DNA from: an uncultured Caulobacteraceae bacterium
Lineage (GTDB): Bacteria; Pseudomonadota; Alphaproteobacteria; Caulobacterales; Caulobacteraceae
NCBI GenBank assembly: GCA_964237305.1
Contig: CAXSHO010000011.1
Span: 1 to 38,075, forward strand
Length of the DNA: 38,075 bases
Direction of reading: 5' to 3'
Shown: one piece after another, positions 24,045 to 31,105 of the stretch
Layout of the letters: each line of letters begins with the position of its first letter
Position numbering within the stretch: the stretch's first letter is position 1
Made by a program: the position numbers and the translations under genes
The notes under the pieces: generated by a model
The model's database searches: none
Seen by the model: the letters and a program-made list of their open reading frames with translations, nothing else
Told to the model about the DNA's origin: nothing

Positions 24045-24646
24045 TGCTGGCGCGCGCGGCGCTGGTCGCCTCCGCCGTGCTGCTGTGCCTGGTGCTGGGG
24101 CTCGTGGCCGCGCCCGCCACCGACCCGGCCGTGGTCCCGGCCCACCCCCTGCGGCTGGCCGAGCTCCGGCTCGACCCCGCGGGGGTGCGGGCCGCGGGCG
24201 TGCTGGCGGGTTTCGCGGGGTCCGATCCCGCGGCGCCCGTCCCGGCCGGGGCGGCGGCGACGGGGCCGAAGCCGCCGCCCGCGCCGCCGAGGCTTCTCCC
24301 GCCGCCTCCCCCTCCGCCGCCGGAGGCGGACGCCGTGCTGCGCCGCGCCGTCTCCGCGGTGTCCGACGAGCACGGGCGGCTGAGCCTCGTGCTGGCGGGC
24401 GGCGGAGGGCGGCTGGCGGAGGGCGACGTGTTCATGGGGTGGCGGCTTGCGTCCGTGACCCGCACCGCGGCCGTACTGTCCAAGGGCGGGTCGCGGCGCG
24501 AGGTGTCGTTCTTCGCCCCCGCACCGCCCACGCGCCTCCCGGGCGCAGCCGCACCGACGCCGTTGTCCGGGAGCACGGTCCCCGCGGGCCCGCCGACGGC
24601 GCGGCCCCCGACGGCGGCGGAGTATTTCCGCGGCTTCCAAGGTTAG
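24044..24646 (+). CDS. Bitopic Pro-rich protein, putative GspC/PilP-like secretin-interacting component
   Basis: 200 aa. The ATG overlaps the upstream TGA by 1 nt. TM 'ALVASAVLLCLVLGLVAA', polyproline stretch 'KPPPAPPRLLPPPPPPPPE', and a small beta-like domain 'LVLAGGGGRLAEGDVFMGWRLASVTRTAAVLSKGG'. Sits immediately upstream of the secretin. No PDZ domain recognisable. Confidence 0.35.
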   Translation: MLARAALVASAVLLCLVLGLVAAPATDPAVVPAHPLRLAELRLDPAGVRAAGVLAGFAGSDPAAPVPAGAAATGPKPPPAPPRLLPPPPPPPPEADAVLRRAVSAVSDEHGRLSLVLAGGGGRLAEGDVFMGWRLASVTRTAAVLSKGGSRREVSFFAPAPPTRLPGAAAPTPLSGSTVPAGPPTARPPTAAEYFRGFQG

Positions 24647-24657
24647 AGGACGATCGT

Positions 24658-27069
24658 TTGCCCGCCCCGTCGCGCCCCGCCGCCGCCCTCTGCCTCGCCG
24701 CCCTGACCGCGGGGTGCGCGTCCTTTCCCCGCCTGCAGGCGCCCGCGGCGACGCGCGCGTCCTCGACCGCCGCCGCCGCCGCCGTCGATCCCGCTCCCGG
24801 CCTGCCCCCCGGCGGCGGGGCGGAGGTGCTGCACGTGCCCTCGCCGTCGGACGCCCCCGCCCCCGTGCTGCCGCCCTCCGCCACGCCCGAAGAGGTGGCG
24901 CGGCTCCTGCCCGACACGCCCATCGACGTGACGCTGCCGCCGCAGCCCGTGCCGCGATTCCTGAACACCGCGCTGGGCGACATCCTGCACCTGCCCTACG
25001 CGCTCGGCCCCGACGTGGGGACGCGCACGGAGATCGTGACGCTGCGCACCGCGCCCCGCACCTCCAAGCGGGCGTTCCTGCTGCTGGTGGCCGCCACCCT
25101 GCGCGACTACGGCCTCACCCTCTCCATCGAGAACGGGGCGGTGCAGGTGCGCGAGGCGGCGCGCCCGGGCGGCCGTTCGCTGATCCTGCGGGGGAACGCC
25201 ACCCTCGCCACGCCCGACCAGACGCGCACGGTCACCCAGGTGGTGCAGCTGAGCGCGCTGGAGGCGGGCGCGGTGCAGCCCCTGCTCCAGGACGTGTTCC
25301 CCAACGCCCGCGCCGTGCGCATCACGCCCGTGCCCGCCACCAACGCGCTGGTGATCTCGGGCGCCGGCCGCGACGTGGCCGCCACCGTGGACATGGTGGG
25401 CGCCCTGGACCAGCCGCGGTTCGCGGGCGCGGAGGTGGCGCGGATCGAGCCGGTCTACTGGCGGGCGGAGGCCTTCGCCCGGGCGCTGTCCGACACGCTG
25501 GCGACGGAGGGCTTCATCGTCTCCAACACCCCCACCACGCCTCGGGGGATCATGATCCTGCCCCTGCCCACCACCAACCAGGTGCTGGCCTTCGCGGGGA
25601 CGCCCGCGGTGATGGAGCGGGTGCGCTTCTGGGTGCGCAAGCTGGACCAGCCGAGCGCGGTGGGCGAGCAGCGCTCCACCTTCGTCTACGTGGTGCGCAA
25701 CACGGACGCGGCGTCGCTCGGGTCGCTGGCCCGCGGGCAGTCGCCCCAGCCGTTCACGCCGACGCCGCCCGTGGGCGTGGGCACGCCGGGGACCTCGTCG
25801 CTGTCCAGCGGCGGCTCGGGGACGGGCTCCAGCGGCTTCGGCTCGGGCTTCGGCTCGGGGCTGGGGTCCCGCACGGGATCGCAGACGCCGTTCGGCACGC
25901 CCGCCACCCTGCCCGGCTTCGACAGCGGCGGGGCCGGGCAGGGCCCGCTGCCCGGCGGCGGCACCCTGGCGGTGGACTCCATCGGCAACCGCATCCTGTT
26001 CACCGGCTCGGCCACCCAGTTCGCCCAGCTGCGCGACCTCCTCCAGCAGCTGGACACCCCGCCGCCGCAGGTGCTGATCGAGGTGACGGTGGCGGAGGTG
26101 ACGCTGAACGACGCCACCTCCACCGGGCTGGAGTGGTTCTTCAGCCACTCGCAGACGGGGCAGACCATCTCCGGCGGGACGCTGAACGGGCTGGGCCGCG
26201 GCGTGTCGGGGGTGAACCTCGGCTACCTGAACACCCTGATCCCCGGGATCCAGAACCTCCAGGCGCAGTTCAACGCCTTCGCGTCGAACAACAAGGTCAA
26301 CATCCTGTCCAATCCCAAGATCGTGGCCAAGAGCGGCGGCGACTCGCAGATCCAGGTGGGCAGCGACATCCCGATCATCTCCTCCCAGGCGGCGGGAGCA
26401 GTGCAGACGGGGGGCACCAGCGAGGTGCTGCAGTCCATCCAGTACCGCCAGACGGGCGTGATCCTGCGGGTGAAGCCGACCGTCTACGGCGACGGCCGGG
26501 TGAACATCGAGGTGAACCAGGAGGTGTCGAACGTGGCGGGCGCCACCTCCGGCGCCATCGTCAGCCCCACCATCCAGAACCGCTCCATCGCCACCGAGCT
26601 GTCGCTGCAGGACGGGACGACGGCGGTGCTGGGCGGGCTGATCTCCAACAACTACGTGAAGACGAACCGCGGCGTGCCCTACCTGAAGGACGTGCCGATC
26701 CTGGGGCTGGCCTTCCGCGCCGACGACATCACCGGCGACCGCGACGAGCTGGTGGTGCTGATCACGCCCCACATCATCCACGACTCCGACGAGATGAGCG
26801 CGGCGGCGGACGGGCTGGCCGGTGAGATCAACCGGGCCTTCCGCACGGGCGTGGGCGGCTCCTACACGCTGTCGCCCTTCGCCACGGGCTTCAACCTGGG
26901 CGAGGGGCCGCCCGCGCGCGGCAAGGCTCCCGACCTGGACGCCGCGCTGGCCGCCGTCAGGGCGCGGAAGGCGGCGGAGGCGGGGGCGGCGGCCCCGGGA
27001 GCGGCGCCGTCGCCGCCCCTCCCGACCCTTGCGCCGCCAGCCGCCGCCAGCCCAGCCGCTCCACGGTGA
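24658..27069 (+). CDS. gspD: T2SS secretin GspD family, with lipoprotein-type signal (liposecretin-like)
   Basis: TTG at 24658, 7 nt after aGAGGA, in the frame of ORF 23830..27069. 'LPAPSRPAAALCLAALTAG|CAS' is a lipobox-like signal. N-domains, a Gly/Ser-rich linker (about 25741-25965), and the secretin domain 'NILSNPKIVAKSGGDSQIQVGSDIPI', 'QYRQTGVILRVKPTV', 'GVPYLKDVPILGLAFR' and 'ELVVLITPHII'. Confidence 0.9.
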   Translation: MPAPSRPAAALCLAALTAGCASFPRLQAPAATRASSTAAAAAVDPAPGLPPGGGAEVLHVPSPSDAPAPVLPPSATPEEVARLLPDTPIDVTLPPQPVPRFLNTALGDILHLPYALGPDVGTRTEIVTLRTAPRTSKRAFLLLVAATLRDYGLTLSIENGAVQVREAARPGGRSLILRGNATLATPDQTRTVTQVVQLSALEAGAVQPLLQDVFPNARAVRITPVPATNALVISGAGRDVAATVDMVGALDQPRFAGAEVARIEPVYWRAEAFARALSDTLATEGFIVSNTPTTPRGIMILPLPTTNQVLAFAGTPAVMERVRFWVRKLDQPSAVGEQRSTFVYVVRNTDAASLGSLARGQSPQPFTPTPPVGVGTPGTSSLSSGGSGTGSSGFGSGFGSGLGSRTGSQTPFGTPATLPGFDSGGAGQGPLPGGGTLAVDSIGNRILFTGSATQFAQLRDLLQQLDTPPPQVLIEVTVAEVTLNDATSTGLEWFFSHSQTGQTISGGTLNGLGRGVSGVNLGYLNTLIPGIQNLQAQFNAFASNNKVNILSNPKIVAKSGGDSQIQVGSDIPIISSQAAGAVQTGGTSEVLQSIQYRQTGVILRVKPTVYGDGRVNIEVNQEVSNVAGATSGAIVSPTIQNRSIATELSLQDGTTAVLGGLISNNYVKTNRGVPYLKDVPILGLAFRADDITGDRDELVVLITPHIIHDSDEMSAAADGLAGEINRAFRTGVGGSYTLSPFATGFNLGEGPPARGKAPDLDAALAAVRARKAAEAGAAAPGAAPSPPLPTLAPPAAASPAAPR

Positions 27070-27433
27070 CGGTGTCGCGCGCGGCGCCCTCACGGCCCAG
27101 CGCCGCGTCCACCGCGTAGAGGCGCACGGCGAAGGGGCCGGGCTGGCCGGACGGCGTGAGCGCCCGCCGGGCCGGGGACAGGGCGCGGGCGGTCCAGCTC
27201 AGCCGCTCCCCGTCCGGCAGGTCCACGGAGCCCTCCGGCTGGAGCTCGGGGTTCAGGTCGCGCACCAGCGCCAGGATGTTGCGGCGGGCGTCCGCGCGCG
27301 CCATCGCCGCCTCGTAGCGCCGCTGCGCCCGGCTGAGCTGGAGCTGCAGCCCGAAGAGCGCCAGGAGGCAAACGGACGCGATGGCCAGCGCCACCAGCGC
27401 CTCCAGCAGCGTGAAGCCGGCGCGCCTCGTCAC
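26957..27433 (-). CDS. T2SS minor pseudopilin (GspI-like)
   Basis: GTG at 27433 in ORF 26957..27568, overlapping the peptidase TGA (GTGA). 'VTRRAG|FTLLEALVALAIASVCLLALFGL' prepilin leader with Glu5. 158 aa. The last ~37 codons overlap the convergent gspD 3' end. Confidence 0.6.
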   Translation of the reverse strand: MTRRAGFTLLEALVALAIASVCLLALFGLQLQLSRAQRRYEAAMARADARRNILALVRDLNPELQPEGSVDLPDGERLSWTARALSPARRALTPSGQPGPFAVRLYAVDAALGREGAARDTVTVERLGWRRLAAQGSGGAATAPLPGPPPPPPPPSAP

Positions 27434-28041
27434 AGCCGCCCGGCCCAGGCCACGGCGAGGCCCGCGGGGGCCAGGAAGGCGCCGAAGGGGATGCGGGCGG
27501 GCGCCCCCCCGCGCCGCAGCAGGAGCGCCGCGGCCGCGCCGGCGGTGGCCGCGGCCGCCACCGTCCACAGGAGGCCGAGCGGGCCCAGGAGGGCGCCGAG
27601 CGCGGCGGCGAGCTTCACGTCGCCCCAGCCCATGGCCTCCCGCCCGACGGCCCGGCCCACCGCCCAGCGCACCGCCGCCAGCATGACCGCGCCCACCCCC
27701 GCGCCCGCCAACGCCGTGGGCCAGCCCGCCGAGAGCGGCCCGACACAGCCCGCCAGCGCCACGGCCGCCGAGTACAGGTCCGGGATCAGCAGCGTGCGGG
27801 CGTCGAACACGGCCAGCGCCAGCGCCGTCTCGGCCAGGAGCGCGAACTCGGCCCGGGCGGGCGGTGCGCCGGACGGTCCGAGAGCCAGCACCGCCCAGCC
27901 CGCCGCCGTCAGCAGCGCGGCCACCACGAGCGGCGATGCGGGCCAGGCGCCGGGGGCGAGCCTCCGCGGGGCGCAGGCGAGGACGGCGGCCCAGCCGACG
28001 CAGACCGCCGCGGACGCCGCCGTGGCGACGAGCGGGCTCAG
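27430..28041 (-). CDS. gspO: Prepilin peptidase (peptidase A24), short form lacking the N-terminal methyltransferase/Cys-rich domain
   Basis: C-terminal part of ORF 27430..28599. Catalytic Asp motifs 'VFDARTLLIPD' and 'MGWGDVKLAAALG', and the terminal 'IPFGAFLAPAGL'. The start is uncertain: CTG at 28041 overlaps the gspF TGA (CTGA, 203 aa), or GTG at 27927 (165 aa). Confidence 0.7.
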   Translation of the reverse strand: MSPLVATAASAAVCVGWAAVLACAPRRLAPGAWPASPLVVAALLTAAGWAVLALGPSGAPPARAEFALLAETALALAVFDARTLLIPDLYSAAVALAGCVGPLSAGWPTALAGAGVGAVMLAAVRWAVGRAVGREAMGWGDVKLAAALGALLGPLGLLWTVAAAATAGAAAALLLRRGGAPARIPFGAFLAPAGLAVAWAGRL

Positions 28042-29258
28042 CCGATGGTCTCGTAGACGCTGGACAGCGCCAGCACCAAGGAGAGCGCCACCGCCCCCAC
28101 CAGAATGGCGATCGCCCCGATGGCCAGGGGCTCGATCAGGGCGGTGGCGCGCTTGAGCGTGTCGCGCAGGCGCGCGTCGTAGCCCTCCGCCAGGAAGCCG
28201 AGCATCCGCGGCAGGGCCCCCGCCTTCTCCCCCGCGCGCAGCAGCGACAGGTCCATGCGGGTGAGCGCGGTGTGGCGCGCCAGGGCGGCGTCCACCGCCA
28301 GGCCGGTGCGCAGGTCCTGCTCGAAGCGCTCCAGCCCGTCGCGGAAGGGGCCGGGCGGGGTGGCGGTGCGCGACAGGGCGGCGGCGTCCAGCAGCTGCAC
28401 GCCGTTGACCAGGGCGAAGGCGGTGAGGCGCGCCCAGCCCACCACCTCGCGCGCGCGCAGCACGGGGCCGATCAGCGGCGCGCGGCGGGCCAGGGCGTAG
28501 AGGCCGCCGCGCACGCCTGCGTCCGCCGCCGCCGCCAGGCCGCCCAGCCCCAGCGCCGCCACGCCCGCGAACACCCAGGGGAGGTGGCCGTTCGCCCACA
28601 GCCCGATCTCCAGCACCGCGCGCGAGGCGAACGGCATGGTGGTGCGCCGCTCGCCGATCATGGCGGCGAAGCGCGGCACCACCTGGGTGAAGATGAACAT
28701 CACCGCGGTGAAGCCCGCCGCCAGCAGGAAGGCGGGGTAGGTCAGCGCGTTCAGCACGTCGCGGCGCAGGCGGTCCTCGTAGGCCATCTGGGCGGCCGCC
28801 TCGCGCAGCACCTCGCCCGTGCGGGCGGTGCGCTCGCCCACCCGCGTCATGGCGTAGACGTACAGGGGAAAGCCGGGGGCGTGCTGCTCCAGCGCCTCGG
28901 CCAGGGGCGAGCCGCGGGTGAGGGCGGAGGCCACGGTCTCCAGCTCGCGCCGGCCCCGCGGGGCCTCCACGCCTTCCGCCGCGGTGCGCACCGCCTCCAG
29001 GAGGTCGACGCCCGCCTCCAGCATGAGCGCCAGCTGGCGCAGCACCGACACGCGCTCGCCGAAGCGCAAGCCCCGCGCGCCCCCGCCGCCGACGCCCGCC
29101 GCGGCGGCCTCGTCCAGCGACAAGGGCGTGAGCCCGCGGGCGGCCAGGGTGCGGGCGGCGGCCCCGGCGTCGGCGGCGTCCACCACGTCGCGCACGCGCC
29201 GCCCGTCGGCGCCCACCGCGGTGTAGCGCCAGGGGCGCAGCGCCGGGGCGTCGGTCAT
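28038..29258 (-). CDS. gspF: T2SS inner-membrane platform protein GspF
   Basis: ATG at 29258 overlaps the gspE TGA (ATGA). 406 aa. Duplicated GspF domain: 'RVSVLRQLALMLEAGVDLLEAV', 'LTYPAFLLAAGFTAVMFIFTQVVPRFA', 'LLRAGEKAGALPRML' and 'IEPLAIGAIAILVGAVAL'. Confidence 0.9.
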   Translation of the reverse strand: MTDAPALRPWRYTAVGADGRRVRDVVDAADAGAAARTLAARGLTPLSLDEAAAAGVGGGGARGLRFGERVSVLRQLALMLEAGVDLLEAVRTAAEGVEAPRGRRELETVASALTRGSPLAEALEQHAPGFPLYVYAMTRVGERTARTGEVLREAAAQMAYEDRLRRDVLNALTYPAFLLAAGFTAVMFIFTQVVPRFAAMIGERRTTMPFASRAVLEIGLWANGHLPWVFAGVAALGLGGLAAAADAGVRGGLYALARRAPLIGPVLRAREVVGWARLTAFALVNGVQLLDAAALSRTATPPGPFRDGLERFEQDLRTGLAVDAALARHTALTRMDLSLLRAGEKAGALPRMLGFLAEGYDARLRDTLKRATALIEPLAIGAIAILVGAVALSLVLALSSVYETIG

Positions 29259-30985
29259 TCGGCGGCGAAGGCGGGCGCGAGGGGGGCGGAGGCGCGGACC
29301 TCGGGCTCGACGGCGCCCACCACGCGGTGCACCTCCGCCACGCTGGTCAGCCCGCGCCGCGCCTTGCCGAGCGCGTCCTCGAACAGGGTGAGGAAGCCCT
29401 CGCGCCGCGCCGCCTCCAGGAGCGCCGGGCCCGAGGCGTTGCGGCGCACCATGGCGGCCAGCTCCGCCCCCACGGGCGCGACCTCGTACACGCCGAGCCG
29501 CCCGGCGTAGCCCGTGCCGCCGCACGCGGGGCAGCCCACGGGCTCGCGCCAGTCCGCGGGGTCGGCGGCGGTGCGCACGGCCAGGGCGGGCGGCAGGGCG
29601 GCCTCGTAGCCGGCGGCGCGCTCGGGCGGAGAGGGTGCGGCGCAGTGCGGGCAGAGGCGCCGCACCAGCCGCTGCGCCGCCAGGCCCCGCAGCACGTCGG
29701 ACAGGATGTAGCCCTCCACCTCCAGGTCCAAGAGGCGCCCGACGCTGGCGAGCGCCGCGTTGGTGTGCAGCGTGGAGATGACGAGGTGGCCGGTGAGCGC
29801 GGCCTGCACCGCGATCCGCGCCGTCTCCGGGTCGCGGATCTCGCCCACCATGATCACGTCGGGGTCCTGGCGCAGGATGGAGCGCAGCGCCGTGGAGAAG
29901 CTTAGGCCGATGTCGCTCCGCACCCGCACCTGCTGCACGCCCGGCAGCTCGAACTCCACCGGGTCCTCCACCGTCACGATCTTGCGGCGGCCGTCGTTCA
30001 GCTCGCTGAGAAGGCGGTAGATGGTGGTGGTCTTGCCGGAGCCCGTGGGGCCGGTGATCAGGAGCACGCCGTTGGGCTGGGCGATTACCGTGCGCAGCCG
30101 CGCGGCGTCGTCGGCGGAGAGGCCCAGCTCGCCCAGCTCGGGCAGGCGGGTGGACTTGCCGAGGAGGCGCATGACCACCGACTCGCCCCAGGCGGTGGGC
30201 AGGGTGGAGACGCGCAGGTCCACCTCCTGTCCCGCCACGCGGATCGCCTGGCGCCCGTCCTGCGGCAGGCGGCGCTCGCCGATGTCCATGGCCGACAGCA
30301 GCTTGATGCGCGAGCCCACCGCGTCGAAGCCCGAGCGGGGGCCGGAGCGCACGGTGTGGAGCATGCCGTCCACCCGCATGCGCACGGTGAACCGGTCCTC
30401 CAGCGGCTCGATGTGCACGTCGGAGGCGCGGCGCTGCAGGGCCTCGGCGAAGACGCCGTTCACGAATTCGATCACCGGCGCCTCCTGCGCCAGCTCGCGC
30501 AGGCGCGAGGCGTCCGCCGCGCCCGCCGCGACGGTCCCGCCGCCCAGGGTGCGCAGGTCGTCCAGGAGGCCGTCCACCAGGGTGCGCGGGGCGAGCCTGA
30601 GCTCCACCGGGCCGCCCGCCGCGGCCTCCAGCACCTCGCCCAGCATGGGGTCGAGCGGGTGCACGGCGGCGCACACCACGGAGCCGTCCTCCCTGCGCCA
30701 CGCCACCGCGCCGCGGTCGGCCCACCAGCCGGGGGCCGCGCCCGCCTCGGCCAGGAAGGCGGCCACCGCCTCCGCCGCGGGGGCGTCGGCGGCCGACTGG
30801 ACCGGCAGGTCCAGCTGCCCGCTGAGCGCGCGCAGGAGGTCGGCCTCCGACACGGCGCCCACGCGGATCAGCGCCTGGCCCAAGAGCCCCCCGGCCTCCG
30901 CCTGCAGCCGCAGCCCGTCGAGGAGGTCGCGCTCGGACAGCCGGCCCTCGCCCACCATCAGCTCGCCAAGGCGTTCGCTGCGCAT
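29255..30985 (-). CDS. gspE: T2SS ATPase GspE
   Basis: 576 aa. N-terminal T2SSE_N/MshEN-like repeat 'LGELMVGEGRLSERDLLDGLRLQ...LGQALIRVGAVSEADLLRAL'. Walker A 'GPTGSGKTTT', Asp box 'VTVEDPVEFELPG', Walker B/His box 'IMVGEIRD...GHLVISTLHTN', and the tetracysteine 'CPHC...CPACGGTG'. Confidence 0.95.
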   Translation of the reverse strand: MRSERLGELMVGEGRLSERDLLDGLRLQAEAGGLLGQALIRVGAVSEADLLRALSGQLDLPVQSAADAPAAEAVAAFLAEAGAAPGWWADRGAVAWRREDGSVVCAAVHPLDPMLGEVLEAAAGGPVELRLAPRTLVDGLLDDLRTLGGGTVAAGAADASRLRELAQEAPVIEFVNGVFAEALQRRASDVHIEPLEDRFTVRMRVDGMLHTVRSGPRSGFDAVGSRIKLLSAMDIGERRLPQDGRQAIRVAGQEVDLRVSTLPTAWGESVVMRLLGKSTRLPELGELGLSADDAARLRTVIAQPNGVLLITGPTGSGKTTTIYRLLSELNDGRRKIVTVEDPVEFELPGVQQVRVRSDIGLSFSTALRSILRQDPDVIMVGEIRDPETARIAVQAALTGHLVISTLHTNAALASVGRLLDLEVEGYILSDVLRGLAAQRLVRRLCPHCAAPSPPERAAGYEAALPPALAVRTAADPADWREPVGCPACGGTGYAGRLGVYEVAPVGAELAAMVRRNASGPALLEAARREGFLTLFEDALGKARRGLTSVAEVHRVVGAVEPEVRASAPLAPAFAAE

Positions 30986-31105
30986 GGCGCACCCCTAGCC
31001 CAAGCGGCCCGCCCGCCCAAGCGACGCGGCGTGGCGCGGGCCGTGCATCCGCCCGCCGCCGGCCGCCGTAGATCAGACGGGGGGCTGGACGGAGGCGAGG
31101 GTCGC

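Noticed and set aside
23830-24657. Upstream extension of the secretin ORF (the 1079-aa version)
   Set aside because: It overlaps the gspM-like and gspC-like genes in another frame and is Arg/Pro/Gly-rich. The TTG at 24658 has an SD and yields a signal peptide.
25834-25857. Exact 12-bp tandem repeat ggcttcggctcg x2, plus other short repeats such as the CCG-rich tract near 24290-24325
   Set aside because: They lie in-frame inside coding regions (GFGS-GFGS in the secretin linker, poly-Pro in the GspC-like protein). They are not CRISPR or regulatory repeats.
29259-30992. 984-aa version of the gspF ORF running through gspE
   Set aside because: The extension is an alternative frame of the very well supported gspE gene. 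The GspF homology starts at the ATG at 29258.
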